Of a DNA stretch of 64,000 nt, positions 8,340 through 18,090 are shown in pieces. A program made the position numbers and the translations under genes. The notes under the pieces are model-generated. The model worked only from the letters and a program-made list of their open reading frames with translations, was not told the origin of the DNA and did not search any database. How positions within the stretch are numbered: the first letter of the stretch is position 1; each line of letters opens with the position of its first letter. The stretch is from Rubripirellula sp. (GTDB taxonomy: Bacteria; Planctomycetota; Planctomycetia; Pirellulales; Pirellulaceae), in contig OZ244207.1 in assembly GCA_965216875.1 (NCBI GenBank), forward strand, positions 2,784,001 to 2,848,000. Reading direction: 5' to 3'.

Positions 8340-10679
8340 CTAGGGCTTCGTGCCGGCGCTAGGCCAATCGATCTTCCGAAGCTCAAGCTTCTCGGCGTTG
8401 CCCAAGCCTTCGATGAGTTGATACAGAGAACTCGGCTCGACGCCACGAAAGACTTCAACGCCATCGATTCCAGGCCATCGGACGTTGACTGCCTTGATTG
8501 CAGTCGCGTCCGCCAACCCAACGTGCAGCCGAAGTGGGTTGCTTCCAAACGAGCTGCCAGTATCGACAACACGATGCAGCCTTCGTTCCCCGGATGGGCC
8601 ATCCGTTACGATCTCGACGCGCGCTCCGATCGCGCTTCGATTGCTTTTAATGCCAACTAATTTCAACTTCACCCAACCACCCTCAAAACCTGGGTTCTGG
8701 AACATGGCGTTCTGAAAGGCGTCGCCTTTGAACGCACCCCCAAGTTCGGCAAAGACATCCTGGTCGCCGTCATGATCCAGATCAGCAAACGCGATGGCGT
8801 GGCCCTTCTGCAGATGCGAAAATCCGCCGGCGATTGATACGTCGACGAATCGCTCACCCTCTTGGTTCAAGTACATCAGGTTGGGCTCGAGTGACTCGAT
8901 CGCGGGAGTGCCTGTTGCCAGATAGAAGTCGAGCAGACCATCGTTGTTGAGATCGCCAAAGTTGCTGCCCATGGTGTGCGAGATGCGTCCCAATCCTACC
9001 GACTCGCTGACATCCTCGAACCCTCCTTTGCCGTCACCGCGGTAAAGTCGATCATGTTCACTTGACCGCATCGTGTCGCCAAGGAAGTCAGCCGCGACTT
9101 GACCGATCCCTTCGTCGTACGCCGCGACGAACAAATCCAGATTCCCATCGTTGTTATAGTCAAAGAACCAACAAGAGAAACTCTGTCGCGGCGCGTTGAT
9201 TCCCGCAACGTCCCAGCGTTCAAACTTGCCGTTGCCCTCGTTTCGAAACAGTTGGTTTTGGCCCCCCATGTTCGACACGTACAGATCGGGGTCGCCATCG
9301 TTGTCAACATCACCCCAGGCCGCACCCTTTGCCGTGCCTAGCCCAGCCACACCCGCTTGGCGGCCCACCTCCGTAAAGTGATCGCCGTCGTTTCGAAACA
9401 GTTGGTCGTAGGCTTTTTCATTTCCGACGAACAGATCCAAGTCACCATCAAGGTCGTAGTCGGCGACTGCGCCGACTTGGGTCGGAAAGTCATCACCTGC
9501 GATTCCTTTCTCGAAGGCGACTTCAACGAATTTCTTGCCATCATCGTTTCGCAAGAGCGAATTAGGATGTTTGCCAAACTTGCCGAGCCAAGCGCCGCGT
9601 AAGATCACCACATCGGGATCACCATCGTTGTCGAAATCGATTTGTCGTGTGTTGAGTCCGCCGACGATTCCGATCAGCCCTGCTTCTTCAGTGACATCCA
9701 CAAACCCGGCGTTGCCATCGTTTCGGTAGTAGCGACATTGGCCATCCGAAGTCCAAGACGAAACAAACAAATCCAAGTCGTTGTCTGCGTCAAAGTCTTC
9801 GACGACGACGCCGCCAGCATGCGACAAGGTATCGATCTTCAAATCGGTGCTGATGTTCGGAAAACGCGGAAAATCAATCGCCGAACGCAGACGTTGCTCA
9901 GGTAGACGGTATTCCTCGGGCACACCATCCGGATGCGAGCCAAGGGTCATGTGCGCCAAATTCAACAACCAAATCGCTGAATAGTTTTGGGGGTCCTGCT
10001 CCAGAACCGAGGCGAGGTAGGGCAGGGCAGCGGTCGAACCTTCGGGGTGCTTGTGAATGCCTCCTGGGCCAATCGGGAAAAGACAACCTTCACCGCCGAG
10101 ACAGTGGATGCAATTCTCGTTCTCGCCCTTACGGATGCATGCGATCGCTCGGGAAAGATCAATCATCAACTCCATCTTTGGGTTAACGGCATCCGGCTGT
10201 CGCTTCTTGATGTCGTCTAGCAACGACTCGAGTTCATTCAAGGTTGCCAGCCCACGGTCGGGATCTCCTTGTTGAGTGAACTGAATGCCCAGGTCATAGA
10301 GCGCAGACATGGTTGCGTAGGGATTGCCCGCCACCTTGGCTCTGTCGTAACGCTCCTGGGCCTTGATCAACGCTCCATCAAGATAGGGATTGTTTTCTTT
10401 CTCTTCCTGAATCTGCTTGAGCCTGCGAATCATCCGCTCCTGATCCGGCAACGCAGCTAGCTCGTCGCTCCCCGCTTCGTCACCTTGCGTTTCAGCTCCA
10501 AGATTCTCGTTCGGGCGCGCCGGGCGCTGGGGCGTTTTCTTGCGATTGGCGTCCGTGATGACTTGCGCTTTGTTGCCAAGCTTGCCAATGGGTGACGTGT
10601 TTTCACGACATCCTGAGCACGTTAAAGCCAGAAAAAGGAAGAGGCCAGCGTACGGTCGCATCGAAACAGATAGTTGCAT
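8340..10679 (-). CDS. CRTAC1-family protein (FG-GAP repeats plus ASPIC/UnbV C-terminus), probable lipoprotein
   Basis: Repeated DxDxDGxxDL loops; SNRSAIGARV...LHVGL...VRWP C-terminal pattern; LTCSGC lipobox. Start uncertain (10697, 10679 or 10661); TATAAT on the minus strand at 10731-10736. Confidence 0.9.
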   Translation of the reverse strand: MQLSVSMRPYAGLFLFLALTCSGCRENTSPIGKLGNKAQVITDANRKKTPQRPARPNENLGAETQGDEAGSDELAALPDQERMIRRLKQIQEEKENNPYLDGALIKAQERYDRAKVAGNPYATMSALYDLGIQFTQQGDPDRGLATLNELESLLDDIKKRQPDAVNPKMELMIDLSRAIACIRKGENENCIHCLGGEGCLFPIGPGGIHKHPEGSTAALPYLASVLEQDPQNYSAIWLLNLAHMTLGSHPDGVPEEYRLPEQRLRSAIDFPRFPNISTDLKIDTLSHAGGVVVEDFDADNDLDLFVSSWTSDGQCRYYRNDGNAGFVDVTEEAGLIGIVGGLNTRQIDFDNDGDPDVVILRGAWLGKFGKHPNSLLRNDDGKKFVEVAFEKGIAGDDFPTQVGAVADYDLDGDLDLFVGNEKAYDQLFRNDGDHFTEVGRQAGVAGLGTAKGAAWGDVDNDGDPDLYVSNMGGQNQLFRNEGNGKFERWDVAGINAPRQSFSCWFFDYNNDGNLDLFVAAYDEGIGQVAADFLGDTMRSSEHDRLYRGDGKGGFEDVSESVGLGRISHTMGSNFGDLNNDGLLDFYLATGTPAIESLEPNLMYLNQEGERFVDVSIAGGFSHLQKGHAIAFADLDHDGDQDVFAELGGAFKGDAFQNAMFQNPGFEGGWVKLKLVGIKSNRSAIGARVEIVTDGPSGERRLHRVVDTGSSFGSNPLRLHVGLADATAIKAVNVRWPGIDGVEVFRGVEPSSLYQLIEGLGNAEKLELRKIDWPSAGTKP

Positions 10680-10767
10680 TGAAGCAGTGCGAGTCAAAGT
10701 GGAGTTGGGCGTAGGACCGGATCAGGAAGAATTATAGCGACGACACTCGAAGAGGCCCGCAAACATC

Positions 10768-12951
10768 TCATGGAGACACGAACTTTGCACCCCTGATCAT
10801 CGCATCGAAGTCCCAGATCAACCCAGTCATGTCTTGACTTACCGTGATGATTCGCGCGCCGTCTCCCGACACGTTCACGGAATTGACTTCACTAAGGTGA
10901 GCATCAATTACCGCGAGTTCGCCCGTTGCAATTCGATATAGGCAAAGATGCCCTGAACGTTCGCCGGTCAACAGGTACGCACCGTCGGCCGAGAATGCCG
11001 CCCCTCCCACCTTGCGGACCCCCAGTGACTCGGTGAGGCTTGTCGCGTACTTGCGAACAGGTTCGAGTGTTTCGACGTCCCAAAGGATCACCGAGTCTTC
11101 AAACTTTGCGGAGGCAATGTTTCGGTTGTTGTCGACCCAACCGTTGGCGGTCGAGTATCCGGCGGTAAGCAGTAGTGAACCGTCAGGAGAAAACCGCAGC
11201 ACGTCAGCGCTTCCTTTCTCAGGAATTATCAGCCCTGTCTGAATCTGTTGATCGACATCCCAAAGTTCAACCACCGTGCTCGCTGCCATCCGACTTCGGG
11301 TAGAAACCGCAAGCGTCTTACCATCAGGCGCAAGGCAGGCCGCCTGGACTTCGCGTTTGTGTTCATCCCGTTTCGCCTCCTTTGCGTCTGCAGCCAAAGG
11401 CAACAAAGCGACTGGAGAAACGTCCAAGATCTTACCTCGCCCAGCTGGCTCCCAAATCGACACACGATTCGCTCCCGAAGGCGAAGCCAGGCGTTGTCCG
11501 CTTGCCGAATACGTTATCGAATCGCTAACGGACCCCAGTCCCGAAACATGGTTTTCGCTCCAAAGTGATCTCCCAGTCGTCGCGTCGTAACGCACAACCT
11601 GCTTTTCAGATGAAACCGCCAATGTGTGGCCATCGTTTGAGAATCGACAAGAAGTTAGCCATCGACTGGTTGCGTCAATCGTGCGTAGCGGTCGCCCATC
11701 TGTGGCATCCCAAAGATGAACCTTTTTCTCCGTGCCGCAGGTGGCTGCGATTTTGCCATCCGAATTCAAGGCGCCACCGAACACCCACCCCGAATGGGAT
11801 ACCGCATCGGCGGCAACTCGCGTGCCCGCCGCAACGTCCCAAAGATAGATAACGCCTCCCTGACCTGCCGAAGCGAGTTTCTTTGAGTCGGGCGCGAACG
11901 CAAGTCTCTCAACCCAAGAACCGTGCCCAACTAGCTGGTGCTTGACGCGTTCTGCATCGAGATCAACGAGGTAGACCGTTTTGGCTCGGCCCGAGGCGGC
12001 AACGTACCGATTGTCGGGCGAGATCGCCAAACAAGTCTCGGGTTCGCGTTTGCGTTTCTGCGGAAGGCGCAGATGCACTACCTGCTTTCCATCAGGTAGA
12101 GAATAGACATGCAACTCGTTTGAGCTGGTAACGACCCCAACGCGATCACAGCCGTCACTGAATGCCAGCGCCTTTGTATTGGCCTGGGCCGGAAGAGCAA
12201 CTTCGATGGTCTTCACATCTGCGTCACGGGTCGAGTCGCAAATCGAGATAAAGCACTTGGAATCTTTGCCAAACTTCTTTCCGACCGCGACAATCCACCT
12301 TCCGTCCGCACTGAACTTCAATCGTTCGACAGCGCGCGGTAATCGAAAACTCCTATCTACGTCTGGCAAGTCAGCAGCGGGAGTGCCGGGTTGCAATCGA
12401 CGTAGAAGCAGTTGCGGGTCTTTTTTGTGGACGTACAGCACCGACGCAACCAAGCGTCCATCAGGCGACAGGGTTAAATTGGCATGTCGTGGTTGCGGCG
12501 GCCCAGCCTCAATCGTCGCAACTGGAAATGTCACCATTGCAAAATCGTGATCTTTATCCGGCTCCACGGGAGGATCCGACTCAAGGTAGTGCCATCGGTG
12601 AAGCGGGGCATGAAATGACTTAGCGACCAGCCATTGGTCGGAGCCACTATCAATAATCGTAAGACCGTCGAGTGTTACGATGCGCAATCGTTTTCCGCTT
12701 TCCGCATCCCAAACGTAAAGTTTGCCTTCCGCTTGCGATGCGATCTTCCTTCCGTCATCGGAAAACTTGAGTTGCGTGACGCCGCCAGCGTGGCGAAGCC
12801 GATTCGTCCCCAAACGTGCGATCGCAAACTGTGGCAATGGGTCACCAAGGCGATCGATCTTCTCATTTGGCTCGGCGCATCGTGCTTCGCATGCGATGGC
12901 AACGAGAATCATGCAACAAGCGAGTGATGTCGAACCTAATTGCTTGATCAC
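10768..12951 (-). CDS. WD40-repeat protein, secreted planctomycete type
   Basis: DRLGDPLPQFAIARLGTNRLRH leader and many FSxDG...LWD repeats. GTG 12951 chosen because the longer ORF runs into a 17-bp tandem repeat. Confidence 0.88.
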   Translation of the reverse strand: MIKQLGSTSLACCMILVAIACEARCAEPNEKIDRLGDPLPQFAIARLGTNRLRHAGGVTQLKFSDDGRKIASQAEGKLYVWDAESGKRLRIVTLDGLTIIDSGSDQWLVAKSFHAPLHRWHYLESDPPVEPDKDHDFAMVTFPVATIEAGPPQPRHANLTLSPDGRLVASVLYVHKKDPQLLLRRLQPGTPAADLPDVDRSFRLPRAVERLKFSADGRWIVAVGKKFGKDSKCFISICDSTRDADVKTIEVALPAQANTKALAFSDGCDRVGVVTSSNELHVYSLPDGKQVVHLRLPQKRKREPETCLAISPDNRYVAASGRAKTVYLVDLDAERVKHQLVGHGSWVERLAFAPDSKKLASAGQGGVIYLWDVAAGTRVAADAVSHSGWVFGGALNSDGKIAATCGTEKKVHLWDATDGRPLRTIDATSRWLTSCRFSNDGHTLAVSSEKQVVRYDATTGRSLWSENHVSGLGSVSDSITYSASGQRLASPSGANRVSIWEPAGRGKILDVSPVALLPLAADAKEAKRDEHKREVQAACLAPDGKTLAVSTRSRMAASTVVELWDVDQQIQTGLIIPEKGSADVLRFSPDGSLLLTAGYSTANGWVDNNRNIASAKFEDSVILWDVETLEPVRKYATSLTESLGVRKVGGAAFSADGAYLLTGERSGHLCLYRIATGELAVIDAHLSEVNSVNVSGDGARIITVSQDMTGLIWDFDAMIRGAKFVSP

Positions 12952-13009
12952 TGAATCGTCCTGGCAAACATGAGATTGGGTAGCCAACGGATAGTCTACC
13001 CGATCCCCC

Positions 13010-13060
13010 GTCGATAACGCGGATTCGTCGGTAACGAGGATTCGTCGATAACGAGGATTC
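13010..13060. repeat. 3 x 17-bp tandem repeat
   Basis: GTCGATAACGCGGATTC / GTCGGTAACGAGGATTC / GTCGATAACGAGGATTC. Confidence 0.9.
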
Positions 13061-13301
13061 GTGGGCAACATTGTTTGCGGGCCGAGATTGGTCCGCCAGT
13101 GCGCCCATCCCGTTCACTCGCGACGATCGATACAAAGCGAACCGACAACCCTACCGTTGTCGGTGTTGTGTGGGGAATCTCCCCATGCGCGGGCCCAAAG
13201 TAGGTGCTAGGTTTGAGCATCCTGGTGCACCGCACATGCGTCAGCGAACCATCCATTGATTCCACATCATTGACGTCATTCCAATACGGGGGCAGCCGGG
13301 A

Positions 13302-14267
13302 ATGAGCGCTCCGGCGATTAGCGACTTTATCCCAGTGAGTGTTTCGACGCTTCAAGCGTCCGAAGCGCCGGGGATGAATCTGTACCAAAAGGAAGCCGAA
13401 GGAGAAGGCTTCGTTCTCTACTGCGCCGACGACCACCCTCTTGAAGAAGAAGATCTGCTGCGGCTGCACAAGCGGGGAGTCCACCGACTCTTTATCGAAA
13501 GTAATTCGCGCGATTCCTTTCAAAACTACCTTCGCGACATGATCGACCCTGAAAGCGAAGTGGAAGCCGACATCAGTGCCAAGGCCGGTGCGCTCAACGA
13601 TGTTGTCCGCGATGTGTTGGAAACGCAATTCCGTTCAGGTGATGCCGACAGCACGGTCAACGAAGCGTCGCGTTTGGGCGCCGTCACGGCCAACATCGTT
13701 TGCAATGACGAGTTTGCTGCTTCGGACCTTTGTCGTGTGCTGCATCACGACTATGCAACCTTCACCCACTCGGCCAACGTCGCCTTCTACGCGGGCATGC
13801 TGGGCGCCGAGCTTGGATACGACAAGCACGACGTCGAGCTCATGACAACCGCCGGGCTGTTGCACGATCTTGGCAAGCTGGAGATTGAAGAGAAGATCCT
13901 CTGCAAGCCTGGACGCTTGACCGACGAAGAGTTTGATGTGATCCGCATGCATCCGACCGTCGGCTTCCAAAAACTCAACTATCGCGACGACCTGACCGAA
14001 GGCCAGCTGATGATGGTGTACCAGCACCACGAGCGGCTCGACGGAAAAGGATACCCGGTTGGCGTTGTCGAATCCGAAATCCACCCCTGGGCAAAGATCT
14101 GCTCGGTGGTTGACGTCTACGAAGCTCTCACGAGCTATCGTCCTTACCGTTCACCGATGCCTCGTTCCAAGGTCTTTGAGATCATGGAACGGGACAGTGG
14201 GACTGCTTTTGATCCGGAGGTTCTGGAATGTTGGATACGGATTACCAACGCCGTCTGGGAACGCTGA
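13302..14267 (+). CDS. HD-GYP domain c-di-GMP phosphodiesterase
   Basis: LLHDLGK, MHPTVG, HHERLDGKGYP and DVYEALTSYRPYR are all intact. Confidence 0.95.
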   Translation: MSAPAISDFIPVSVSTLQASEAPGMNLYQKEAEGEGFVLYCADDHPLEEEDLLRLHKRGVHRLFIESNSRDSFQNYLRDMIDPESEVEADISAKAGALNDVVRDVLETQFRSGDADSTVNEASRLGAVTANIVCNDEFAASDLCRVLHHDYATFTHSANVAFYAGMLGAELGYDKHDVELMTTAGLLHDLGKLEIEEKILCKPGRLTDEEFDVIRMHPTVGFQKLNYRDDLTEGQLMMVYQHHERLDGKGYPVGVVESEIHPWAKICSVVDVYEALTSYRPYRSPMPRSKVFEIMERDSGTAFDPEVLECWIRITNAVWER

Positions 14268-14710
14268 TCAGCAGCATTCACCATCGCATCGTGTTGCCTG
14301 AGTCCCTGGGCGGGTTCTTCGAAGAATCTGGACCGGTGGCAAGTTATGGCAGCGATCGGCGCAGTGCCGTTCGCACCAAAGTTCGCACACGCGGCTTGCT
14401 AATGCCGATTCGTGCGATACCCATCAATCCGCGCGTCGGCGAACCGACCGGGATCTACACGAAAGACTTTTCCAAGACTGGATTTGGCTTCGTCGCAGAT
14501 TCTCAGTTCTATCCAGGCGAACACGTGCGGATCATTTTGGCCACCTTCTGGATGCAGATCTGTGTTCGACGTTGTCGTCGACACGGCGAATCTTGCTTTG
14601 AAGTCGGTGGCACGCTCGTCCATCAACGTGAGCCTTCGATGGACGCATTTGAACTTCCTAGCGATGCAGTGAACGTCGTTCCGGCCGAAGCTGCAATCCC
14701 CACTCCTTAG
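14228..14710 (+). CDS. PilZ domain protein (c-di-GMP receptor)
   Basis: RxxxR (RRSAVR) and DxSxxG (DFSKTG). GGAGG at 14216-14220 lies 7 nt before the ATG, inside the HD-GYP gene. Confidence 0.85.
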   Translation: MLDTDYQRRLGTLISSIHHRIVLPESLGGFFEESGPVASYGSDRRSAVRTKVRTRGLLMPIRAIPINPRVGEPTGIYTKDFSKTGFGFVADSQFYPGEHVRIILATFWMQICVRRCRRHGESCFEVGGTLVHQREPSMDAFELPSDAVNVVPAEAAIPTP

Positions 14711-14736
14711 AAGAAACCTTTCACCCCGCACAACCG

Positions 14737-15807
14737 ATGACCACCCTTACGCAACCACACAATCCCTGCGCACCCGAACTCTATTCCGAGCGTGAATACG
14801 CAGCCGCGTTCGAGATCGCAAAAACGGCGCTCACCTACGTCGCCAGCTTCAAGACGCCTCCGACACCGGAAGTCTATGAAATCTGGTATCGATTCGCCGA
14901 AGGCGAAAACGACGCGCTGTCAGAGAAACTTGGCTTCGTCGTCAACGAACTCAAATCGATCTCTCGAGAACGCATCGAAGAAATCCATCGTGAGTTCTTC
15001 GCAAGCAACGAGTCGAAACAAGACTCCGCGATCACCGAAAAGCTTGCTGACGAACTCACCGGACTCGAGTCAATGCTTCGCCAACAAATCGCGATCGGTG
15101 ATGACTTTGGCAGTGCCGTCACAAGTGCCAACGAGACGTTGCATGAGGACGCGGCGCCCGAACAAGTACGAGACTGTGTGGAAGCCGTATTGGCTACCAG
15201 CGAAACGATGCAAAGCCAACTCTTTTCGCTGCGTTCAAAGCTCGAGACTTCTCAAGACAGCGTCGAAAAGCTGCGTGCCGACTTTCTCGAATCGCAAGTC
15301 AAGCTCCAAATTGACCCGCTCACTTGCGTCGGCAATCGACGGTTCTTCGACGCGACGATGAAGCAATCGCTCGAAGAGCAATCGGATCGAGACATGTATC
15401 GCGTATTGATGTTGGTCGACCTCGACAAGTTCAAAGAGATCAATGATACGTTCGGGCACTCTGCCGGTGACGAAGTCCTGCGCTACGTCGCTTCCGAGCT
15501 TGCTCGCTTGTGTACAGGCGCATCGGTGGCACGGTATGGCGGTGACGAATTCGCCGTCTTTTGCGATGTGGTTGATCCCGGCGAAGGACTAGATCTTGGC
15601 AACAAACTCTGTGAACACTTTTCCAAGAGTCGCTTGACGCTCAAGAAGACCGGACAAGCCCTTGGCAATCTCACGCTCTCGATAGGCGTTTCGACTCTTC
15701 GCGACGACGATTCGGGCGACGACTGGTTCGACCGCGCCGACAAATTGCTCTATCAAGCGAAGCAATCAGGCCGCTCGCGAGTCATGGCGGAACGGCGAAC
15801 GCTGTAA
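14737..15807 (+). CDS. GGDEF diguanylate cyclase with N-terminal helical/coiled-coil region
   Basis: DPLTCVGNRR, DLDKFKEINDTFGHSAGD, RYGGDEF, RADKLLYQAKQSGR. Confidence 0.95.
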   Translation: MTTLTQPHNPCAPELYSEREYAAAFEIAKTALTYVASFKTPPTPEVYEIWYRFAEGENDALSEKLGFVVNELKSISRERIEEIHREFFASNESKQDSAITEKLADELTGLESMLRQQIAIGDDFGSAVTSANETLHEDAAPEQVRDCVEAVLATSETMQSQLFSLRSKLETSQDSVEKLRADFLESQVKLQIDPLTCVGNRRFFDATMKQSLEEQSDRDMYRVLMLVDLDKFKEINDTFGHSAGDEVLRYVASELARLCTGASVARYGGDEFAVFCDVVDPGEGLDLGNKLCEHFSKSRLTLKKTGQALGNLTLSIGVSTLRDDDSGDDWFDRADKLLYQAKQSGRSRVMAERRTL

Positions 15808-15824
15808 CCACACCAGTTTTCGCT

Positions 15825-15853
15825 TTGATTCGCCAACGCAAGGCTGCTAACAT
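15825..15853 (+). promoter_or_regulatory. Putative sigma70 promoter
   Basis: TTGATT-N17-TAACAT with a TG extended -10, 47 nt upstream of the 15901 ATG. Confidence 0.5.
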
Positions 15854-15900
15854 ACACCCCGCTGCTAACCGGCAGAGCCACGGCCATTCAGGGGTGCGCC

Positions 15901-16659
15901 ATGATCAAATTCAAATGCACGTCGTGCGGAAGCGTGATGCGTGCTGCGCTGAGCGACGTTGGGAAAAAGACGAAGTGCCCGTGTGGCAAGGTGATTCCAA
16001 TCCCTGCGCCACCCCAAAATGCTGCTTCGGAAAACAAGCCTGCGACACCCCAAACCCACGCCGCTAGCGCCAAGATCGTTCAGTGCCCCTCGTGCAAAAC
16101 TTCTTTGCGTGTGAGGGCCGAAAACCTTCAAAAGGCAGTCCGTTGCTCGTGCGGACACGTTTTTCGATCAAACGGGTCAGGTGGAACGACGGCGCCGACA
16201 ACTCAACCCGTCTCGCCACAGCCCATTCCAGTGGCGGCGATCGCCGACCCGGCTCCTGCCGCACCAGCAACAAGTTTGTTTGATTCGATTCCGACACCTC
16301 CGCCCTCGCAACCTGCTTACGCGCCGCCGCCACCGACCTACCAACCACCACCGCCCGCACCGGCTCCCTATCGCGGAGCCCCCGCGGACCACGCGCAAGC
16401 CCAAAAGTCGGCGATGGCCAACCAGTACTTGGCCAACGCACACGCAGATGCTGCCGCCCAACGTCAGCGTCAATCCGAGATGGGCCCCTCGGACGACGAC
16501 TTTTTTGGTGGCGGGTTCGTCGGTGGACTTGCCATGATCGCGATCGGCATCATTTGGCTCGTCGGCGGATTGGCCGCGGGCTACTTCTTCCCCTATCCGG
16601 TCGTGATGGTCTTCATCGGCATGGGAATGATGTTCAAATCCTTCATCTCATCCATCTGA
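15901..16659 (+). CDS. Double zinc-ribbon protein with Pro-rich linker and C-terminal TM hairpin
   Basis: CTSCG...CPCG and CPSCK...CSCG knuckles, poly-Pro linker, two hydrophobic helices. Confidence 0.85.
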   Translation: MIKFKCTSCGSVMRAALSDVGKKTKCPCGKVIPIPAPPQNAASENKPATPQTHAASAKIVQCPSCKTSLRVRAENLQKAVRCSCGHVFRSNGSGGTTAPTTQPVSPQPIPVAAIADPAPAAPATSLFDSIPTPPPSQPAYAPPPPTYQPPPPAPAPYRGAPADHAQAQKSAMANQYLANAHADAAAQRQRQSEMGPSDDDFFGGGFVGGLAMIAIGIIWLVGGLAAGYFFPYPVVMVFIGMGMMFKSFISSI

Positions 16660-16690
16660 AGTAGCAATCGCGCAAAGGCTGCGTTCTCTG

Positions 16691-16970
16691 GTGAGCCGAA
16701 CGCGCTTGTGCCGGGACTCGGGACTCTTAAACCAAGGTCACGATCGAGCAACCAAAAGGTCGCCGACTGACTCTTGCTCGTGCTCGCTCAACCTGCGGCC
16801 CAGCGAAAACCTGCGGCTAGCGCTACAGAATGTAATTGCGCATCCATCAGCAGAAACCTTGCCCAAGTTCACACAACTGAGCCGCGATCGCGTGAGCGGC
16901 CGGGCCTTACTCGCGATCACCCCTAGCTGCGCGTCGGTAAGGGCCCGAGGCCTCACGGCCAGCGGCTCAC
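16691..16970. repeat. Family B REP-like cluster
   Basis: GTGAGCCGAACGCGCT at 16691. Hairpin TGAGCCGC...GCGGCTCA at 16878-16969 whose right arm resembles 42678-42709. Confidence 0.75.
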
Positions 16971-17010
16971 GAGCACAAGCGCCCTGCAGCACAATGTGCG
17001 CCCTATCGAC

Positions 17011-17913
17011 TCAGACGTCACCCAATCTTTCGCCACAACGATAACAGTATTCAGCGTCTTTCCGCTGTCCACTGGCGTCGCAGTTTTGACAGGGTGGTTC
17101 TTCTTCGTGGATTTGGCGCTGGTGAATGAATTCGGCGCTCACGAAAGTCGATGGCACGATGATCAAGCTATAGCCGAGCAGAATCAACATCGCCGACATC
17201 ATTTTGCCGATCGTTGTCTGAGGAACGATGTCACCGTAACCGACGGTCGTCATCGTCACGATTGCCCAATACATCGATTGCGGGATCGACGTGAACTGAC
17301 TCTCCGGATCAATGCCTCCTGCGGCATCGTAGTCGATGGTCTCGATGTGGTACATCAACGTGCCACTTACGGTCACCGCCACCAAAACGACAGCAAGAAA
17401 CACGACGATCTTGTTGCGGACGCGCCAGATGGCTTGCCCCAATTCGTCGGCTTCATTCATCATCCGCCAAAGCTTCAACACTCGGAATACACGCAGCAAA
17501 CGAATGCTTCGCAAGATCACGAAGGATCGGTTTGAGCCGCCCGCAAACAGGGTGATGTAGCTCGGCAAAATACTCAGCAGATCAATCAGTCCCCAGAAGC
17601 TGAACACGTATCGAATCGGCCGTCGCGAACAGAGCAACCGCAGAACGTATTCGATCGTAAAGAGTCCGGTGAGAACCCATTCCAACGCATTGAACAGGTC
17701 CACCAATCGCTGGCTACTGCGATACTCCGGGACGGTCTCGAACGAGACGATGCTCACGCTGGCCAAGATGGCGACCAAGAGTGCGATGTCGAACCAACGG
17801 CCAGCCGGTGTGTCGGCTTCAAAGATGACGTCGTAAAGATTCCTGCGCCAACCTGGTGCATCGGGTCTTTGCGTTTCACGCCGACGTTCGGCTCGAGATT
17901 TTTTGCGTGCCAT
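17011..17913 (-). CDS. Voltage-gated-type potassium channel with C-terminal zinc ribbon
   Basis: S4 LRSIRLLRVFRVLKL, selectivity filter TMTTVGYGD, C-terminal CQNC...CYRCG. Confidence 0.93.
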   Translation of the reverse strand: MARKKSRAERRRETQRPDAPGWRRNLYDVIFEADTPAGRWFDIALLVAILASVSIVSFETVPEYRSSQRLVDLFNALEWVLTGLFTIEYVLRLLCSRRPIRYVFSFWGLIDLLSILPSYITLFAGGSNRSFVILRSIRLLRVFRVLKLWRMMNEADELGQAIWRVRNKIVVFLAVVLVAVTVSGTLMYHIETIDYDAAGGIDPESQFTSIPQSMYWAIVTMTTVGYGDIVPQTTIGKMMSAMLILLGYSLIIVPSTFVSAEFIHQRQIHEEEPPCQNCDASGQRKDAEYCYRCGERLGDV

Positions 17914-18090
17914 AAATTCAAGTATCAAAAAGCGAGACGAAACATGGAGTCTGATTCGCCTCGCCCGTCATCACAATCTTTAAACGCGCCGTTTTCAAAC
18001 GTGCTGTGGAACGATCGATGTTCTCCTTGGCACGCTTTGTCGCAACACGGGGCGCGATGAAGCTGAGTGAGACCGCAAACGACGGCCGCG

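Noticed and set aside
13010..13060. Possible CRISPR array
   Set aside because: Units are 17 bp, directly adjacent with no spacers, and no cas genes are present.
18029..18046. Sigma54-like TGGCACGCTTTGTCGC
   Set aside because: GG-to-GC spacing is 11 rather than 10, and it faces opposite to the flanking genes.
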